A stretch of DNA of 64,000 bases from an uncultured Muribaculaceae bacterium (GTDB lineage Bacteria; Bacteroidota; Bacteroidia; Bacteroidales; UBA932). Both the position numbers and the translations under genes were made by a program. The stretch spans positions 19,447 through 83,446 of the forward strand of contig CAZMTY010000001.1 in NCBI GenBank assembly GCA_964569595.1, in the 5' to 3' direction. The notes beneath the pieces are model-generated. The model was not told where the DNA came from and searched no databases. It saw only the letters and a program-made list of their open reading frames with translations. Positions 18,501 through 27,504 of this stretch are shown here, one piece after another (the first letter of the stretch is position 1; each line of letters opens with the position of its first letter).

Positions 18501-18776
18501 CTGGAGAATCTGCTCTACGTCGTAAGGATAAGGAATGCCGGTGCGTCAATGGGCTTCGAGAAGGTTATAGTCAAGAACGGCCTGCTGATAGCTTTCTTTG
18601 TCTCCAACCCCATGTCGCCTTACTATAAGTCGGAGAGCTTCGGGAAACTCGTGACGAAAATCTCCGCCTCGCCCGGCAGCCTGGAAATGAAGCAGAGCGG
18701 CACCCAGCTGAAGCTGATAGCCAGAAATGTGAAATCCCTGAAACAGGCTTACGACATTTTGGATAACTTAAGATGA
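15585..18776 (+). CDS. mfd: transcription-repair coupling factor Mfd
   Basis: 1063 aa. UvrB-homology N-region, RNAP-interaction domain (DYVVHIDHGVGVFGGL), helicase motifs GDVGFGKTE and IIDEEQKFG, and a TRG/relay region. Confidence 0.95.
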   Translation: MLISSNSCGILAEKAGRLQKVYCRGLFLSAKWFTLSQVAEKGLQLVILPDKESAEYCTSDLYSLIEGDRVFFLPESGKNVERSNYKSSLSVQRTAAIASIMSEDEGMRVVVSYPEALSESVPPVSTMKESVLKLRPGDEISHDEIVRILSSARFERADFVSEPGQYAIRGSIVDIFSYSNNRPYRISFWGNEIEKINLFDCNTQLSISQENEMKIVPDVNSSEEDDSVSIFSILPRDTLVWFDSFDMYRDADFIPLSSKFKAVYFDTPLSEEVSEDGQVQFRIAPQPSFNKNFEILTEDIRSHLEHGYKVRIYGDKETQLERIKSILFQNGGLMPEFVKGKTIHRGFVDHENRVCCYSDHEIFDRFQRVSIRRSVEKSEQLTINDLNSFNIGDYVVHIDHGVGVFGGLVRMRDDKNRIHEVVKITYKDGDVVFVSVHALNKISRFRSKDGEPPRINKLGSKSWSTLKASAKSKVKDIAKELIMLYAKRRASKGFAFSPDTYLQEELESSFMYEDTPDQESATAAVKRDMEDDCPMDRLVCGDVGFGKTEIAIRAAFKAVTDGKQVAVLVPTTILSLQHYNTFRQRLQNLACNLEYVSRLRTAKEIKDIKQRLLSGEIDVLIGTHKILSKEFVFKDLGLLIIDEEQKFGVSAKEKLRTLKASVDTLTLTATPIPRTLQFSLLGARDLSIINTPPPNRIPVQTEIILFDEKEIRSIINYELNRGGQLFFLHNRVDELDSIYEILHRLVPDMKIAVAHGQMEARKLENIMLEFMRGDFDMLLCTTLIENGLDIPNANTIIINQAQKFGLSDLHQLRGRVGRSNLKAFCYLIVPPLASITDDARRRLKAIEEFSDLGSGFNIAMQDLDIRGAGNLLGAEQSGFITEMGFETYQKILSEAMEELGVETGMTTRNERGHYVSDCTVETDQPALIPDEYIDVTAEKIRIYRAIDSMNSDRETDNYARRLEDRFGKMPAELENLLYVVRIRNAGASMGFEKVIVKNGLLIAFFVSNPMSPYYKSESFGKLVTKISASPGSLEMKQSGTQLKLIARNVKSLKQAYDILDNLR

Positions 18777-18814
18777 AAATTTCGTAAATTCGCGAGTTTT
18801 CAACTGATTCAATA

Positions 18815-19543
18815 ATGGCGAACCTTCTCGTTTTGACAGGAAACACGGCTATCAAGGCTGCCTGGTCTGACGGTACGACACTCGGAAAGACTTTCCGCTA
18901 TCAGGGAGAAAAGAGGATGGAATACCTCCTGTCCCTGACGGAAAAGGAGAAGCCCGAAGTCCTCACGATTGCTTCCGTATATCCCATATCGGAGGAGGAA
19001 GAACGCTTATTCAGAGCCGAGTGCGGGCATCTTCTGATACTTGACAGCAACCACACCAACTACCTGCTCAAGTACGATTTTCCCGAATATCTTTCCTGCG
19101 ACAGGGCTGCGGGACTGATAGCTGCGAGATTCCTGTTCAAGGGCAAGAGCTGCACCGTGTTCGACTTCGGCACTACCCTGACCGTGGATTTCCTGAATTC
19201 TGACGGAAGGTATATGGGTGGCAACATCTCCCCCGGATGCCGGACGAGGTTCAAGGCGCTGAACCGCTATTCCAAGGCCCTGCCCCTTGTGGATACGCCG
19301 GAGAACATATTGCCCGAGGGGAACTCCGTAACCTCGTCGATTGAGACGGGGGTGATTTTGGGCATAATGTTTGAAACGGAGGGCTACATTCGCCAAAAAC
19401 CGGATAATATTGTGATTTTTACCGGTGGAGATGCCATTTATTTTGCCAAGAAGATGAAAAACTCCATTTTTGTGGTTTGTAATCTGGAATTGATGGGTCT
19501 TGCCCTGATAACTGATGGATATGTCAACAAAAACATCAAGTAG
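18815..19543 (+). CDS. coaX: type III pantothenate kinase
   Basis: 242 aa. LVLTGNTAIK start, FDFGTTLTVD and GGNISPG, the ASKHA-fold motifs of CoaX. Confidence 0.85.
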   Translation: MANLLVLTGNTAIKAAWSDGTTLGKTFRYQGEKRMEYLLSLTEKEKPEVLTIASVYPISEEEERLFRAECGHLLILDSNHTNYLLKYDFPEYLSCDRAAGLIAARFLFKGKSCTVFDFGTTLTVDFLNSDGRYMGGNISPGCRTRFKALNRYSKALPLVDTPENILPEGNSVTSSIETGVILGIMFETEGYIRQKPDNIVIFTGGDAIYFAKKMKNSIFVVCNLELMGLALITDGYVNKNIK

Positions 19544-20831
19544 ATTTTTGATATCCGTCATTGCATTGTTGTGCAGTGCGGTTTTTGCTGAGGCTCAGGA
19601 AGCCTATGGCGGTTATTCACCTTATTCTATTGTAGGAATCGGAGACCTCAGCACCCCTGGGTCGGCATACAACAAAACGATGGGCGGGGTAGGAATAGCA
19701 ACGAGAAACAGAAGGTATCTGAACATGTTGAACCCTGCATCGGTTACGGCAAGGGATTCTCTCTCATTCATGGCTGACTTCTCTCTCAGTAACAAGAATA
19801 CTTATTTCCGTCAGGACGGGATGCTTTCAGCGAATAACATCTTTAATATGGGTGATTTCGCGATTTCTTTCCCCATTCAGCGCAGGTCTGCCATGATGCT
19901 GGGCATAAACTCGTACAGCAACACCGGATTCGACTACCTTATCCCCTACGATGACGTATATATCAATTCCTTGGGTGGTGCATCGACCCAGGCGAGCGGA
20001 ATCGGAGGTGTGTACAAGATTTTTGCGGCAGCTGGAGTCACATTCTTCAACAGGCTGTCACTCGGAGCGCAGGTGGACTATTATTTCGGCAGCATAGAGA
20101 AAGAGTACCGTACATCCTTCAGTGATTCCGCCTACAGGAGCATGGTGAGCACTGACAACCTTGAGATAAGCGGAGTCGGAGGAACCTTCGGTTTACAGTA
20201 CGAGCAACCTATAGGCAGACTGGTTCTCGGTTTGGGCGCCACGTATTCCACCGGAGCCAAACTGAAAGGCTATTATGATGCCACACGGTACTCCTCGAGT
20301 TCGACGACCGCCGATACGCTCTATTACAAGGCGGACACCATAGGGCTCACCCGCAATGCGAGGATAGCCGGGGAAATAGGTGTGGGATTGAGTTTGAAGA
20401 GGAACAACAAGTGGATGGTCGAAGTGAACTACACCAGGGCGGACTGGACAGGCTCCGGCATAGAGGGGCTCAGCGGATACAACGCATCTACAAATCCTTT
20501 TACCACAACTCTTTGCGAGGCGTACAGGGTAGGATTCGAGTATATACCCAACATTACCGACATCAGGTATTACATGAAAAGGGTTGCGTACCGGGCCGGT
20601 GCGTACTACAAGACGGACTATTATACAATGAACGGCGCTCTCGTGCCGTCGGTCGGAGTCACCTTTGGAATGACGCTTCCGATATACAGATGGTACAACG
20701 GATTGAGTGTGGGAGTAGAGATAGGACAACGCGGTTCACTTTCCAACAATATTTTACGCGAAAGATATATCAATTTTTCAATAGGAATTAATATCTTTGA
20801 CATCTGGTTCCAGAAGACCCTCTATGATTAA
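19515..20831 (+). CDS. predicted outer-membrane beta-barrel protein (porin/FadL-like, function unknown)
   Basis: 438 aa. Signal peptide (LISVIALLCSAVFAEAQE) followed by alternating aromatic/Gly-rich beta-strand pattern to the C-terminus. Overlaps the coaX end by 29 nt (alternative ATG at 19521). Confidence 0.55.
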   Translation: MDMSTKTSSRFLISVIALLCSAVFAEAQEAYGGYSPYSIVGIGDLSTPGSAYNKTMGGVGIATRNRRYLNMLNPASVTARDSLSFMADFSLSNKNTYFRQDGMLSANNIFNMGDFAISFPIQRRSAMMLGINSYSNTGFDYLIPYDDVYINSLGGASTQASGIGGVYKIFAAAGVTFFNRLSLGAQVDYYFGSIEKEYRTSFSDSAYRSMVSTDNLEISGVGGTFGLQYEQPIGRLVLGLGATYSTGAKLKGYYDATRYSSSSTTADTLYYKADTIGLTRNARIAGEIGVGLSLKRNNKWMVEVNYTRADWTGSGIEGLSGYNASTNPFTTTLCEAYRVGFEYIPNITDIRYYMKRVAYRAGAYYKTDYYTMNGALVPSVGVTFGMTLPIYRWYNGLSVGVEIGQRGSLSNNILRERYINFSIGINIFDIWFQKTLYD

Positions 20832-20850
20832 TCAATTTTATAAAACAAAC

Positions 20851-22179
20851 ATGAGAAAGTTAGCTTTTGTGATTTTGTCTGTTGCCGTTGCGTTCATCGG
20901 CAACATTGATGCCTCCGCACAGGGAAAATGGGGTCCAGACAGCGCTGAATGCATCAAGTACCTCTCCTACTACAGGGAGTACTACAAGCAGAATGCGTAT
21001 GACGAGGCGACCCCCAATTGGAGAAAGGCCTATGAGCTCTGCCCTGCCACCGCAAGCCAGAACATGCTTATCGAGGGAGCAGCCCTCGTTCGCAGACTTA
21101 TTGTTGCAAACCAGAACAATCCCGAGTACAGGGATGCCCTCGTGGACACTCTCCTCACTCTTCACGACACCAGGGCTGAGTACTATCCCAATTACGCCGT
21201 TGCTGCATTGAACAACAAGGGTACCGACATTTCAAATTACTTGAAGAATGATTATCGCAAACAGTACGACGGATTCGAAGATATTATCAGCAAGAACGGG
21301 GAGCAGACCAAGAACACTCTCCTCCTGTTCGACCTTCAGGCGGCAATCAACCTTTTCCAGTCCGGAGCCATAGACGCAGAAGAAGTCATAGGGGTTTACC
21401 AGAGGAATGCGGAACTCATCGAGAAGCTCGCAGCGAGGAACGATGACGAGAAGACTCAGAACGAGAACATCAAGAACGACATGGGAAGTCTCTTTGCCGC
21501 GAGCAAGGTGGCAAGTTGCGACAACCTCATACAAATCCTTACTCCGAGGTATGAGGCCGACCCCAATAATCTTGATGTCGCCACCAACATCGTGCAGACC
21601 ATGACCATGACCGAGGGATGTACTGACAACGACCTCTATCTGAATGCTGTCACCACGATGAACAACCTCAATCCTACAGCAAATTCAGCCTACTATCTGT
21701 TCAAGCTCCATTCTTCCAGGAACAACGTGGATGAAGCTGTCAAGTACCTGGAGACTGCCATTGCCGCCGAGGATTCAGACGCCGCTACCGATGCCGAGTG
21801 GCAGTACGAGCTCGCGGTGTACTGCTTCAAGAACGGACAGAACACCAAGGCTTACCAGTGCGCAAACAAGGTTGTCGAGACTTCCGACGAACTCAAGGGA
21901 AAGGCTTACTTCCTTATCGGAACTATCTGGGCATCATCTACTTGCGGAACGGACGACATCTCCAGGCGTGCTCCTTTCTGGGTTGCCTGCGATTACATGA
22001 ACAGGGCCAAGAGCGCTGATTCATCGCTCACCGAGGAAGCCAACAGGTACATCAGCCAGTACAGCGTGTACTTCCCTGAGGCCGCCGAGGCGTTCATGTA
22101 TGACCTTGTCGACGGACAGTCCTACACTGTGGTTTGCAATGGATTGAGAACCACCACCACTGTACGCACCAACAAGTAA
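20851..22179 (+). CDS. secreted helical-repeat (TPR-like) protein, function unknown
   Basis: I prefer ATG 20851 (MRKLAFVILSVAVAFIGNIDASAQ, a signal peptide) over the upstream track start. The sequence is Ala/Tyr/Asn-rich and helical-repeat-like. It sits between the barrel gene and lptC. Confidence 0.5.
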   Translation: MRKLAFVILSVAVAFIGNIDASAQGKWGPDSAECIKYLSYYREYYKQNAYDEATPNWRKAYELCPATASQNMLIEGAALVRRLIVANQNNPEYRDALVDTLLTLHDTRAEYYPNYAVAALNNKGTDISNYLKNDYRKQYDGFEDIISKNGEQTKNTLLLFDLQAAINLFQSGAIDAEEVIGVYQRNAELIEKLAARNDDEKTQNENIKNDMGSLFAASKVASCDNLIQILTPRYEADPNNLDVATNIVQTMTMTEGCTDNDLYLNAVTTMNNLNPTANSAYYLFKLHSSRNNVDEAVKYLETAIAAEDSDAATDAEWQYELAVYCFKNGQNTKAYQCANKVVETSDELKGKAYFLIGTIWASSTCGTDDISRRAPFWVACDYMNRAKSADSSLTEEANRYISQYSVYFPEAAEAFMYDLVDGQSYTVVCNGLRTTTTVRTNK

Positions 22180-22182
22180 TTT

Positions 22183-22821
22183 TTGGACAGACATCCTAAT
22201 ATAGTCGAGTCACTGGCAGTCACTATTGTGATTGCCAGTGCTTTAGTTTCCTGCGGTGGAAAGATTGGAGAGGCCGAGAGACTGGACCTGTCCCAGACTC
22301 CCATGCAGACCATTGACGACATGTTTGCGGTCCGGACCAAGAACGGTTCAGTGGAGTTGCGGCTCGAGGCAAGGGTGATGGAGCATTACGAGGGAAGCGA
22401 GGCGAGTTACGACTATTTTCCCAGTGGAATCTCGGTTTTCGGCTATGACGATGAAGGCCTGTTGGAGTCGGTTATAGTGGCCGACTATGCACGGCATACC
22501 CTCCCCAAGGGCAACGACCCGGAGAAAGAAGAACTTTGGGAGGCCTTCGGCAATGTCATTCTGCATAATGTGTTGAAGCAGGAAACCATGGAGACTGACA
22601 CAGTCTACTGGGACCAGACCAACAAGGAGATATATACCGACTGCTATGTCAAGCTTTACTCTCCCGACGGTTTTACCCAGGGCTACGGTATGCGTTCGGA
22701 TGACCGCATGCGTAACTCAAAACTTTTCAATCCCTTTGACAGTTATATGCTTACTGTAAAGGATACGACTGCGGTAATCATTGATTCTGTGAATTTTATT
22801 GGCCCTTTTCCAAAAAAATAA
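22183..22821 (+). CDS. lptC: LPS export ABC transporter periplasmic protein LptC-like
   Basis: 212 aa. N-terminal anchor or lipobox-like LVSCGG, then an OstA/LptC-like beta-jellyroll pattern (VELRLEARVMEHYE...VYWDQTNKEIYTD). The only in-frame start before the hydrophobic segment is TTG 22183. Confidence 0.65.
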   Translation: MDRHPNIVESLAVTIVIASALVSCGGKIGEAERLDLSQTPMQTIDDMFAVRTKNGSVELRLEARVMEHYEGSEASYDYFPSGISVFGYDDEGLLESVIVADYARHTLPKGNDPEKEELWEAFGNVILHNVLKQETMETDTVYWDQTNKEIYTDCYVKLYSPDGFTQGYGMRSDDRMRNSKLFNPFDSYMLTVKDTTAVIIDSVNFIGPFPKK

Positions 22822-22865
22822 TTAAATTCGCAGCCTTGTTTGAAATAATATAATAAAGCATTAAT

Positions 22866-24950
22866 ATGGCGGTACTTGAAAAAATACGCGTTAAGTTCGG
22901 CGTCGTGATTTCCGTGATTATCGCGCTCGCCCTCCTCTCGTTCATCATCGACCCCGGTACTTTGGAGTCGGCCTTGAACTCCATGTCGTCGAAGTATGAC
23001 ATAGGAAAAATTGACGGAAAGAGGATTTCTTATACAGAATTTCAGGAAGAGGTGGATAGGTTCACGGCTATCAACGAATTGATGACCGGTTCTTCTGTCC
23101 AGAGCGAGCAGATGCAGCAGCAGATAAGGGATGCCGCATGGCAGAACCTCCTGGACAAGTACATGTTCATTAACAATGCCAAGGACGCGGGAATCAATGT
23201 CGGGGACAAGGAACTTGTGGACCTCGTTTCGGGTGAGTCGCTTTCGCCTCTGATGTACCAGAATCCCATTTTCATGGACGAGTCCGGCTACTTCTCCGTT
23301 GACATGCTGAATGCCTTTATCGACAATGTCAATGCTGACCAGACGGGCATGCTCCGCACCTATTGGAACTATCTGCAGACCAGTATCTACAACCAGCAGT
23401 ATTATGCGAAATACGGCGCTCTCTTCGCTGCGTCGAACTATGAGAATGCGCTTCAGTTGGCAGATGCACTTGCCCTCAACAACACTTCCGCCGATGTAGA
23501 CTACTGTCTGACTATGTATCCCGTAGTCAGGGACACCACGGTAACTGTCAGTCAGGCGGAAATCAAGGACTACTACAAGAAGCACAAGAACTTCTTCAAG
23601 CAGGGAGCGAGCCGCGAGATAGAGTACGTGGTATTCGAAGTCGTTCCTTCAGAGGCCGATGTGCTTGCCACCTCGGATGAGATGAATACGGCTTACGACG
23701 AATTCGCAACGACTGACAATATGAGGAACTTCCTCCTGCGCAACTCCGACCAGTCCTATTCAGAATACTGGTACAAGGCCGGTGAATTGAATACTGTCAA
23801 CAGGCAACTCAACGAATACGTGTTCGGTGACGCCGCTAATGAGGTGAGCCCTATCGTAAGGTCAGGAAACACCTTCCTTGCGGCCCGCGTAATGGATTCC
23901 AGGATGTTGCCGGATTCAGTGTACGTGAAGCACATCCTGCTTCAGGGGAGTAATGCCAGAGAGCTTGCAGACAGTCTTGTGGGTGTAGTCAACAGGGGAG
24001 CAAACTTCTCCAACCTTGTCGCGAGCTATTCCGCAGACGTGGCAAGTGCTGCTGACGGTGAACTTGGAAGCATAGGCTGGATGACCCAGACCTATATGAT
24101 TCCCGGATTCGAGTCGGTAATCGAGGCCGATGTCAACCGTCCTTTCGTGCTGAATACCCAGTACGGCTCGCACGTGGTTCTCGTGACCGAAAAGACCCGT
24201 CCCGTACTTAAGAAGCAGGTGGCCATACTTGAGAAGACCGCCCTCGCAAGCAGGGAGACTTACAACAACTACTATTCACAGGCAAATACCTTCGCTTCCA
24301 TAGCAAAGAACTCTTATGAGGGCTACAGAAGGGCTGTTGACTCTACTCACGTGTATTCTCATCCCCTTACCATAACCGAGGCTACGTCCAATTTCGGCGG
24401 AATCACAAATGCCAAGGAGGTTACGAGGTGGGCATTTGACAGCAAGGCGGGCAAGGCCTCCGATATAATCACCGTGAACAACAATTACTTCTTCATTGCT
24501 ACGGTCAAGAAAGTCAATAAGGAGGGCTATATTCCCATAGAGGACGTTTCTACGGCAATCAGCCAGAGGATTTATACTATGAAGGTCAGGGACAAGGTTT
24601 TGGCTGAGGTCAGCGAGAAGCTCCAGGGTGTGAGCACGCTTGAGGATGCCGCTACGGCTCTCGGAGTGGAGGTGAGCAGTTACGAAGGCCTGTCATTCGC
24701 CACTACCAACGTGGATTCAGGACTCATCGGAGGAGCCATGGTTGCTGCCGAGGGCCTGATGTACGGACCGGTTCCCGGAGGAATGGGAGTGTATGTACTG
24801 AATGTGTCCAACAGGGAGACAGGAAGTTTCTACACTGAGGACGACGCCAGGAATCTCGCGGCGCAGAAGTCCCAGTACATGACTCAGATGATTTCTTCAG
24901 TAATGGCGGAATACGACGAGGTTGTCGATAACAGGGCGCGCTTCTTCTAA
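22866..24950 (+). CDS. ppiD: periplasmic chaperone / peptidyl-prolyl isomerase PpiD-like
   Basis: 694 aa. MAVLEKIRVKFGVVISVIIALALLSFII N-terminal anchor typical of PpiD, a SurA-N-like region, and a parvulin-like segment (VKHILLQG...GELGSIGWMTQ). Confidence 0.8.
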   Translation: MAVLEKIRVKFGVVISVIIALALLSFIIDPGTLESALNSMSSKYDIGKIDGKRISYTEFQEEVDRFTAINELMTGSSVQSEQMQQQIRDAAWQNLLDKYMFINNAKDAGINVGDKELVDLVSGESLSPLMYQNPIFMDESGYFSVDMLNAFIDNVNADQTGMLRTYWNYLQTSIYNQQYYAKYGALFAASNYENALQLADALALNNTSADVDYCLTMYPVVRDTTVTVSQAEIKDYYKKHKNFFKQGASREIEYVVFEVVPSEADVLATSDEMNTAYDEFATTDNMRNFLLRNSDQSYSEYWYKAGELNTVNRQLNEYVFGDAANEVSPIVRSGNTFLAARVMDSRMLPDSVYVKHILLQGSNARELADSLVGVVNRGANFSNLVASYSADVASAADGELGSIGWMTQTYMIPGFESVIEADVNRPFVLNTQYGSHVVLVTEKTRPVLKKQVAILEKTALASRETYNNYYSQANTFASIAKNSYEGYRRAVDSTHVYSHPLTITEATSNFGGITNAKEVTRWAFDSKAGKASDIITVNNNYFFIATVKKVNKEGYIPIEDVSTAISQRIYTMKVRDKVLAEVSEKLQGVSTLEDAATALGVEVSSYEGLSFATTNVDSGLIGGAMVAAEGLMYGPVPGGMGVYVLNVSNRETGSFYTEDDARNLAAQKSQYMTQMISSVMAEYDEVVDNRARFF

Positions 24951-24990
24951 TGGTCGCGTTCCCTTAGGAACTTTTCCGCTTAGATATAGA

Positions 24991-25024
24991 ACTTGCGTAC
25001 TCATTCCGGGTGCGCAAGTTTTTC
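24991..25024 (+). terminator. rho-independent terminator of ppiD
   Basis: ACTTGCGTAC / GTGCGCAAGT form a 10-bp stem (one G-U), with a 9-nt loop, then TTTT. Confidence 0.7.
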
Positions 25025-25030
25025 ATATCC

Positions 25031-25216
25031 ATTAAACCAAATCGCTCAATAGAGGCTGATTATTTGTTATTTCGTTATAATATGCTGATAAACAGCGATT
25101 TGTAAATTTATTTTCTAATGACGGCCATCAGAAAATCAGACTTGCAAGGACTTGTTTTCAATACTTTACAAGCAAGACCACGAAATAGGGTATTCTAACG
25201 ACCGATTTGGGATTAA
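25031..25216 (-). repeat. ~190-bp nested-palindrome intergenic repeat, copy 2 (inverted relative to copy 1)
   Basis: The reverse complement of its right arm is ttaatcccaaatcggtcgttagaataccctatttcgtggtcttgcttgtaaagtattgaaaac. This aligns base for base, with few mismatches, to the copy 1 left arm attaagcccaaatcggtcgttagaatagcttatttcgtagtcttgtttgtaaagtattgaaaac. Confidence 0.8.
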
Positions 25217-26160
25217 GCCGGAAAGCTACGGTCGCAGAGTTCGTCACTGAATTATGAGCTTTAAATTTGCCGTTGCTTGTGTTGCAGTGGTCGCGAATTG
25301 TCAGGCTGACATAGCGACTGTCGTTGTTGACGCGCCAGAAGACGGATGCTTCTCAATAATTCAACTGTAATGACATTGGAAGAGGCTCAAAATGTCACAG
25401 AGGGCCCGAGATCGATAAGACCGGTTGAAGTTTTTAGCAAACGTGTGCTTGGGAGCACGCGTATCAAAATACCAAAATTTTAAAATTTATCCCTGCTGCA
25501 AATATCTGCGGTTGCTGTCAATTCCTCAAATGCGACATTTTGATACGCCCCAACGATCGGAGGTCGCTAAATCTCCCTGGCCAAGGTGTGCAGTGGGCTG
25601 CGAGGGATATAGAGGGGTCGCTTTTGGGTCATTCCTGTGCTGTTTCATTGAAATTATCAGGTCCCGCTGTATGACGATTGATTTGCACAAGTGTATTATG
25701 GATGAATTTTTCTTTATAACATTTTTGTTTATGCTGTCAATTAATCGATTACATAAATAGAATTTGGGGAAATTCTAACAGAAACAGCTTTACGGGGCTG
25801 ACAACTGCCGTCTTAAAAGCTGCGACGGAAGAAAGAACCTGAGTCCGCCGCCTTGCAAACAAATTTGTTATAAGCACTCAATACCAAATCGATAGAAGAA
25901 TAATGGCGGATTTCTGTAAAATTGCACTTGTTGCTTGGCTCTGCCCGGGTTTTTGTAAACAATCATGCATTGCTGAGCAATCTTTGTATGTCTGCGTTGC
26001 AGAAACCCGCCACGCCTCTCGCGGTGCTATTTCGGGAGTCGTCGACAGGGTAGACCTGGATTTCGGCAGTTATCTTATCATCAACCAACGTGAGTCCTGT
26101 CTCAATTAAGACTTGCGCGGGCAGCCCGCCGGGGTTATCCGTCAAAATGCAGTTTTTGCG

Positions 26161-26168
26161 TATATTTG
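26161..26168 (+). promoter_or_regulatory. -7 promoter box (TATATTTG) for ychF
   Basis: Perfect TAnnTTTG 20 nt upstream of ATG 26189. Confidence 0.5.
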
Positions 26169-26188
26169 CGTTCCAAAAGAGAATAGTC

Positions 26189-27289
26189 ATGTCACTCAAA
26201 TGCGGAATTGTAGGTCTTCCCAACGTAGGTAAATCCACCCTTTTCAATTGCATCAGTTCAGGCAAGGCCCAGAGCGCAAATTTCCCGTTCTGCACCATAG
26301 ACCCCAATCTCGGCTCCACCAACGTGCCGGACAGGCGCCTCGACGTGCTTAGCGAGATATGCCAGCCGAAACGCACCATCCCCGCTACCGTGGATATAGT
26401 CGATATTGCCGGACTCGTGAAGGGCGCCAGTCACGGGGAAGGTCTCGGAAACCAGTTTCTTGCCAACATCCGTGAATGCGACGCCATACTGCACGTGTTA
26501 CGCTGCTTCGATGATGGCAACGTCGTCCACGTAGACGGCTCGGTCGATCCCGTGAGGGACAAGGAGGTAGTGGACCTCGAACTGCAGATAAAGGACCTCG
26601 AGACCGTGGAGTCACGTCTTGCCAAGGCTGAAAAGGCGGGCAAGGCCGGAGACAAGGAAGCAAAGAAACTCGCGGACCTGCTGCTCCGTTACAAGGCGGC
26701 CCTGCAACAGGGGAAGTCCTGCCGCAGCGTAGCCCCGGCAAACGAGGAGGAGGCCGCGTTGGCAAAGGACCTTTTCCTGCTAACGAATAAGCCGGTGATG
26801 TATGTCTGCAATGTGGATGACTCATCGGCCGTAGACGGGAATCCTTACGTGGATGCGGTCAGGGAGGCTGTGAAGGAGGAGAATGCGGAGATACTGATAA
26901 TTTCAGCCAAGACGGAAGCGGAGATTGCGGAATTGCAGGACTATGAGGACAGAAAGCTTTTTCTTGAAGAGTTGGGGCTTGAAGAATCCGGTGCGGTGCG
27001 TCTTATACAGGGTGCATATCACTTGCTCGGCCTCCAGACTTTCTTTACCGCTGGAGCCGATGAATGCCGCGCCTGGACCATTCACAAGGGCGACAAGGCC
27101 CCAAAAGCAGCCGGAGTGATACATTCTGACTTCGAGAAAGGGTTTATCCGTGCCGAGGTTATCAAATACGAGGATTTCGTCAAATACAGGACGGAAGCCG
27201 CCGTCAGAGGGGCTGGTAAGCTCGCGATAGAAGGCAAGGAATACATAGTCGAGGACGGAGATATAATGCATTTCCTGTTTAATGTTTAG
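26189..27289 (+). CDS. ychF: redox-regulated ATPase YchF
   Basis: [20 protein letters not shown] start at ATG 26189 (the track ORF extends upstream to 26090), plus a TGS-like C-terminus ([18 protein letters not shown]). Confidence 0.95.
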   Translation: MSLKCGIVGLPNVGKSTLFNCISSGKAQSANFPFCTIDPNLGSTNVPDRRLDVLSEICQPKRTIPATVDIVDIAGLVKGASHGEGLGNQFLANIRECDAILHVLRCFDDGNVVHVDGSVDPVRDKEVVDLELQIKDLETVESRLAKAEKAGKAGDKEAKKLADLLLRYKAALQQGKSCRSVAPANEEEAALAKDLFLLTNKPVMYVCNVDDSSAVDGNPYVDAVREAVKEENAEILIISAKTEAEIAELQDYEDRKLFLEELGLEESGAVRLIQGAYHLLGLQTFFTAGADECRAWTIHKGDKAPKAAGVIHSDFEKGFIRAEVIKYEDFVKYRTEAAVRGAGKLAIEGKEYIVEDGDIMHFLFNV

Positions 27290-27322
27290 AGGGTAAAATA
27301 ATCACAGTGTAACTATTGATAT

Positions 27323-27370
27323 GGGGGTGAATTCAAAAGCTACTTTTGGTCACCCCTTAAGTCTTTCTTC
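27323..27370 (+). terminator. rho-independent terminator of ychF
   Basis: GGGGTGA..TCAAAAGCTACTTTTGG..TCACCCC hairpin (27324-27356) followed by TTAAGTCTTTCTTC. Confidence 0.7.
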
Positions 27371-27504
27371 TAAAGGCCGGGCCCGTCTCAACCTTCGCGG
27401 CTGCGCCCAACGGAAACAGACACAAACCCGAACTCGAAAGGCGGGGTGGATATATTTCATCACCCGAAATGTCCAGGTGACCAAAAATCGCTATATTCAC
27501 CATA

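Noticed and set aside
25425-25760. A 111-aa ORF (TTG start) in the unassigned region upstream of ychF.
   Set aside because: It has a non-ATG start, a Cys/Arg-rich irregular sequence, no signal or TM logic, and no -7 box. It is not reportable as a gene, and the region is flagged as a finding instead.
25217-26160. Checked by eye for tmRNA, RNase P RNA, SRP RNA and 6S-like signatures, because of the long gene-free stretch with normal GC.
   Set aside because: I found no GGAAAGTCCGGGC-type RNase P core, no tRNA-like 3' end with a GGTTCGA T-loop for tmRNA, and no GGAAG/AGCA SRP domain IV motif on either strand. Other ncRNAs cannot be excluded without covariance-model searches.
25963-26379. A 138-aa minus-strand ORF, including a 75-codon version starting at a CATG shared with the ychF start codon. 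It looks like a possible divergent overlapping gene.
   Set aside because: Its upstream part is antisense to ychF and its downstream part would run through the ychF promoter. No motif is recognisable and it has no promoter of its own.
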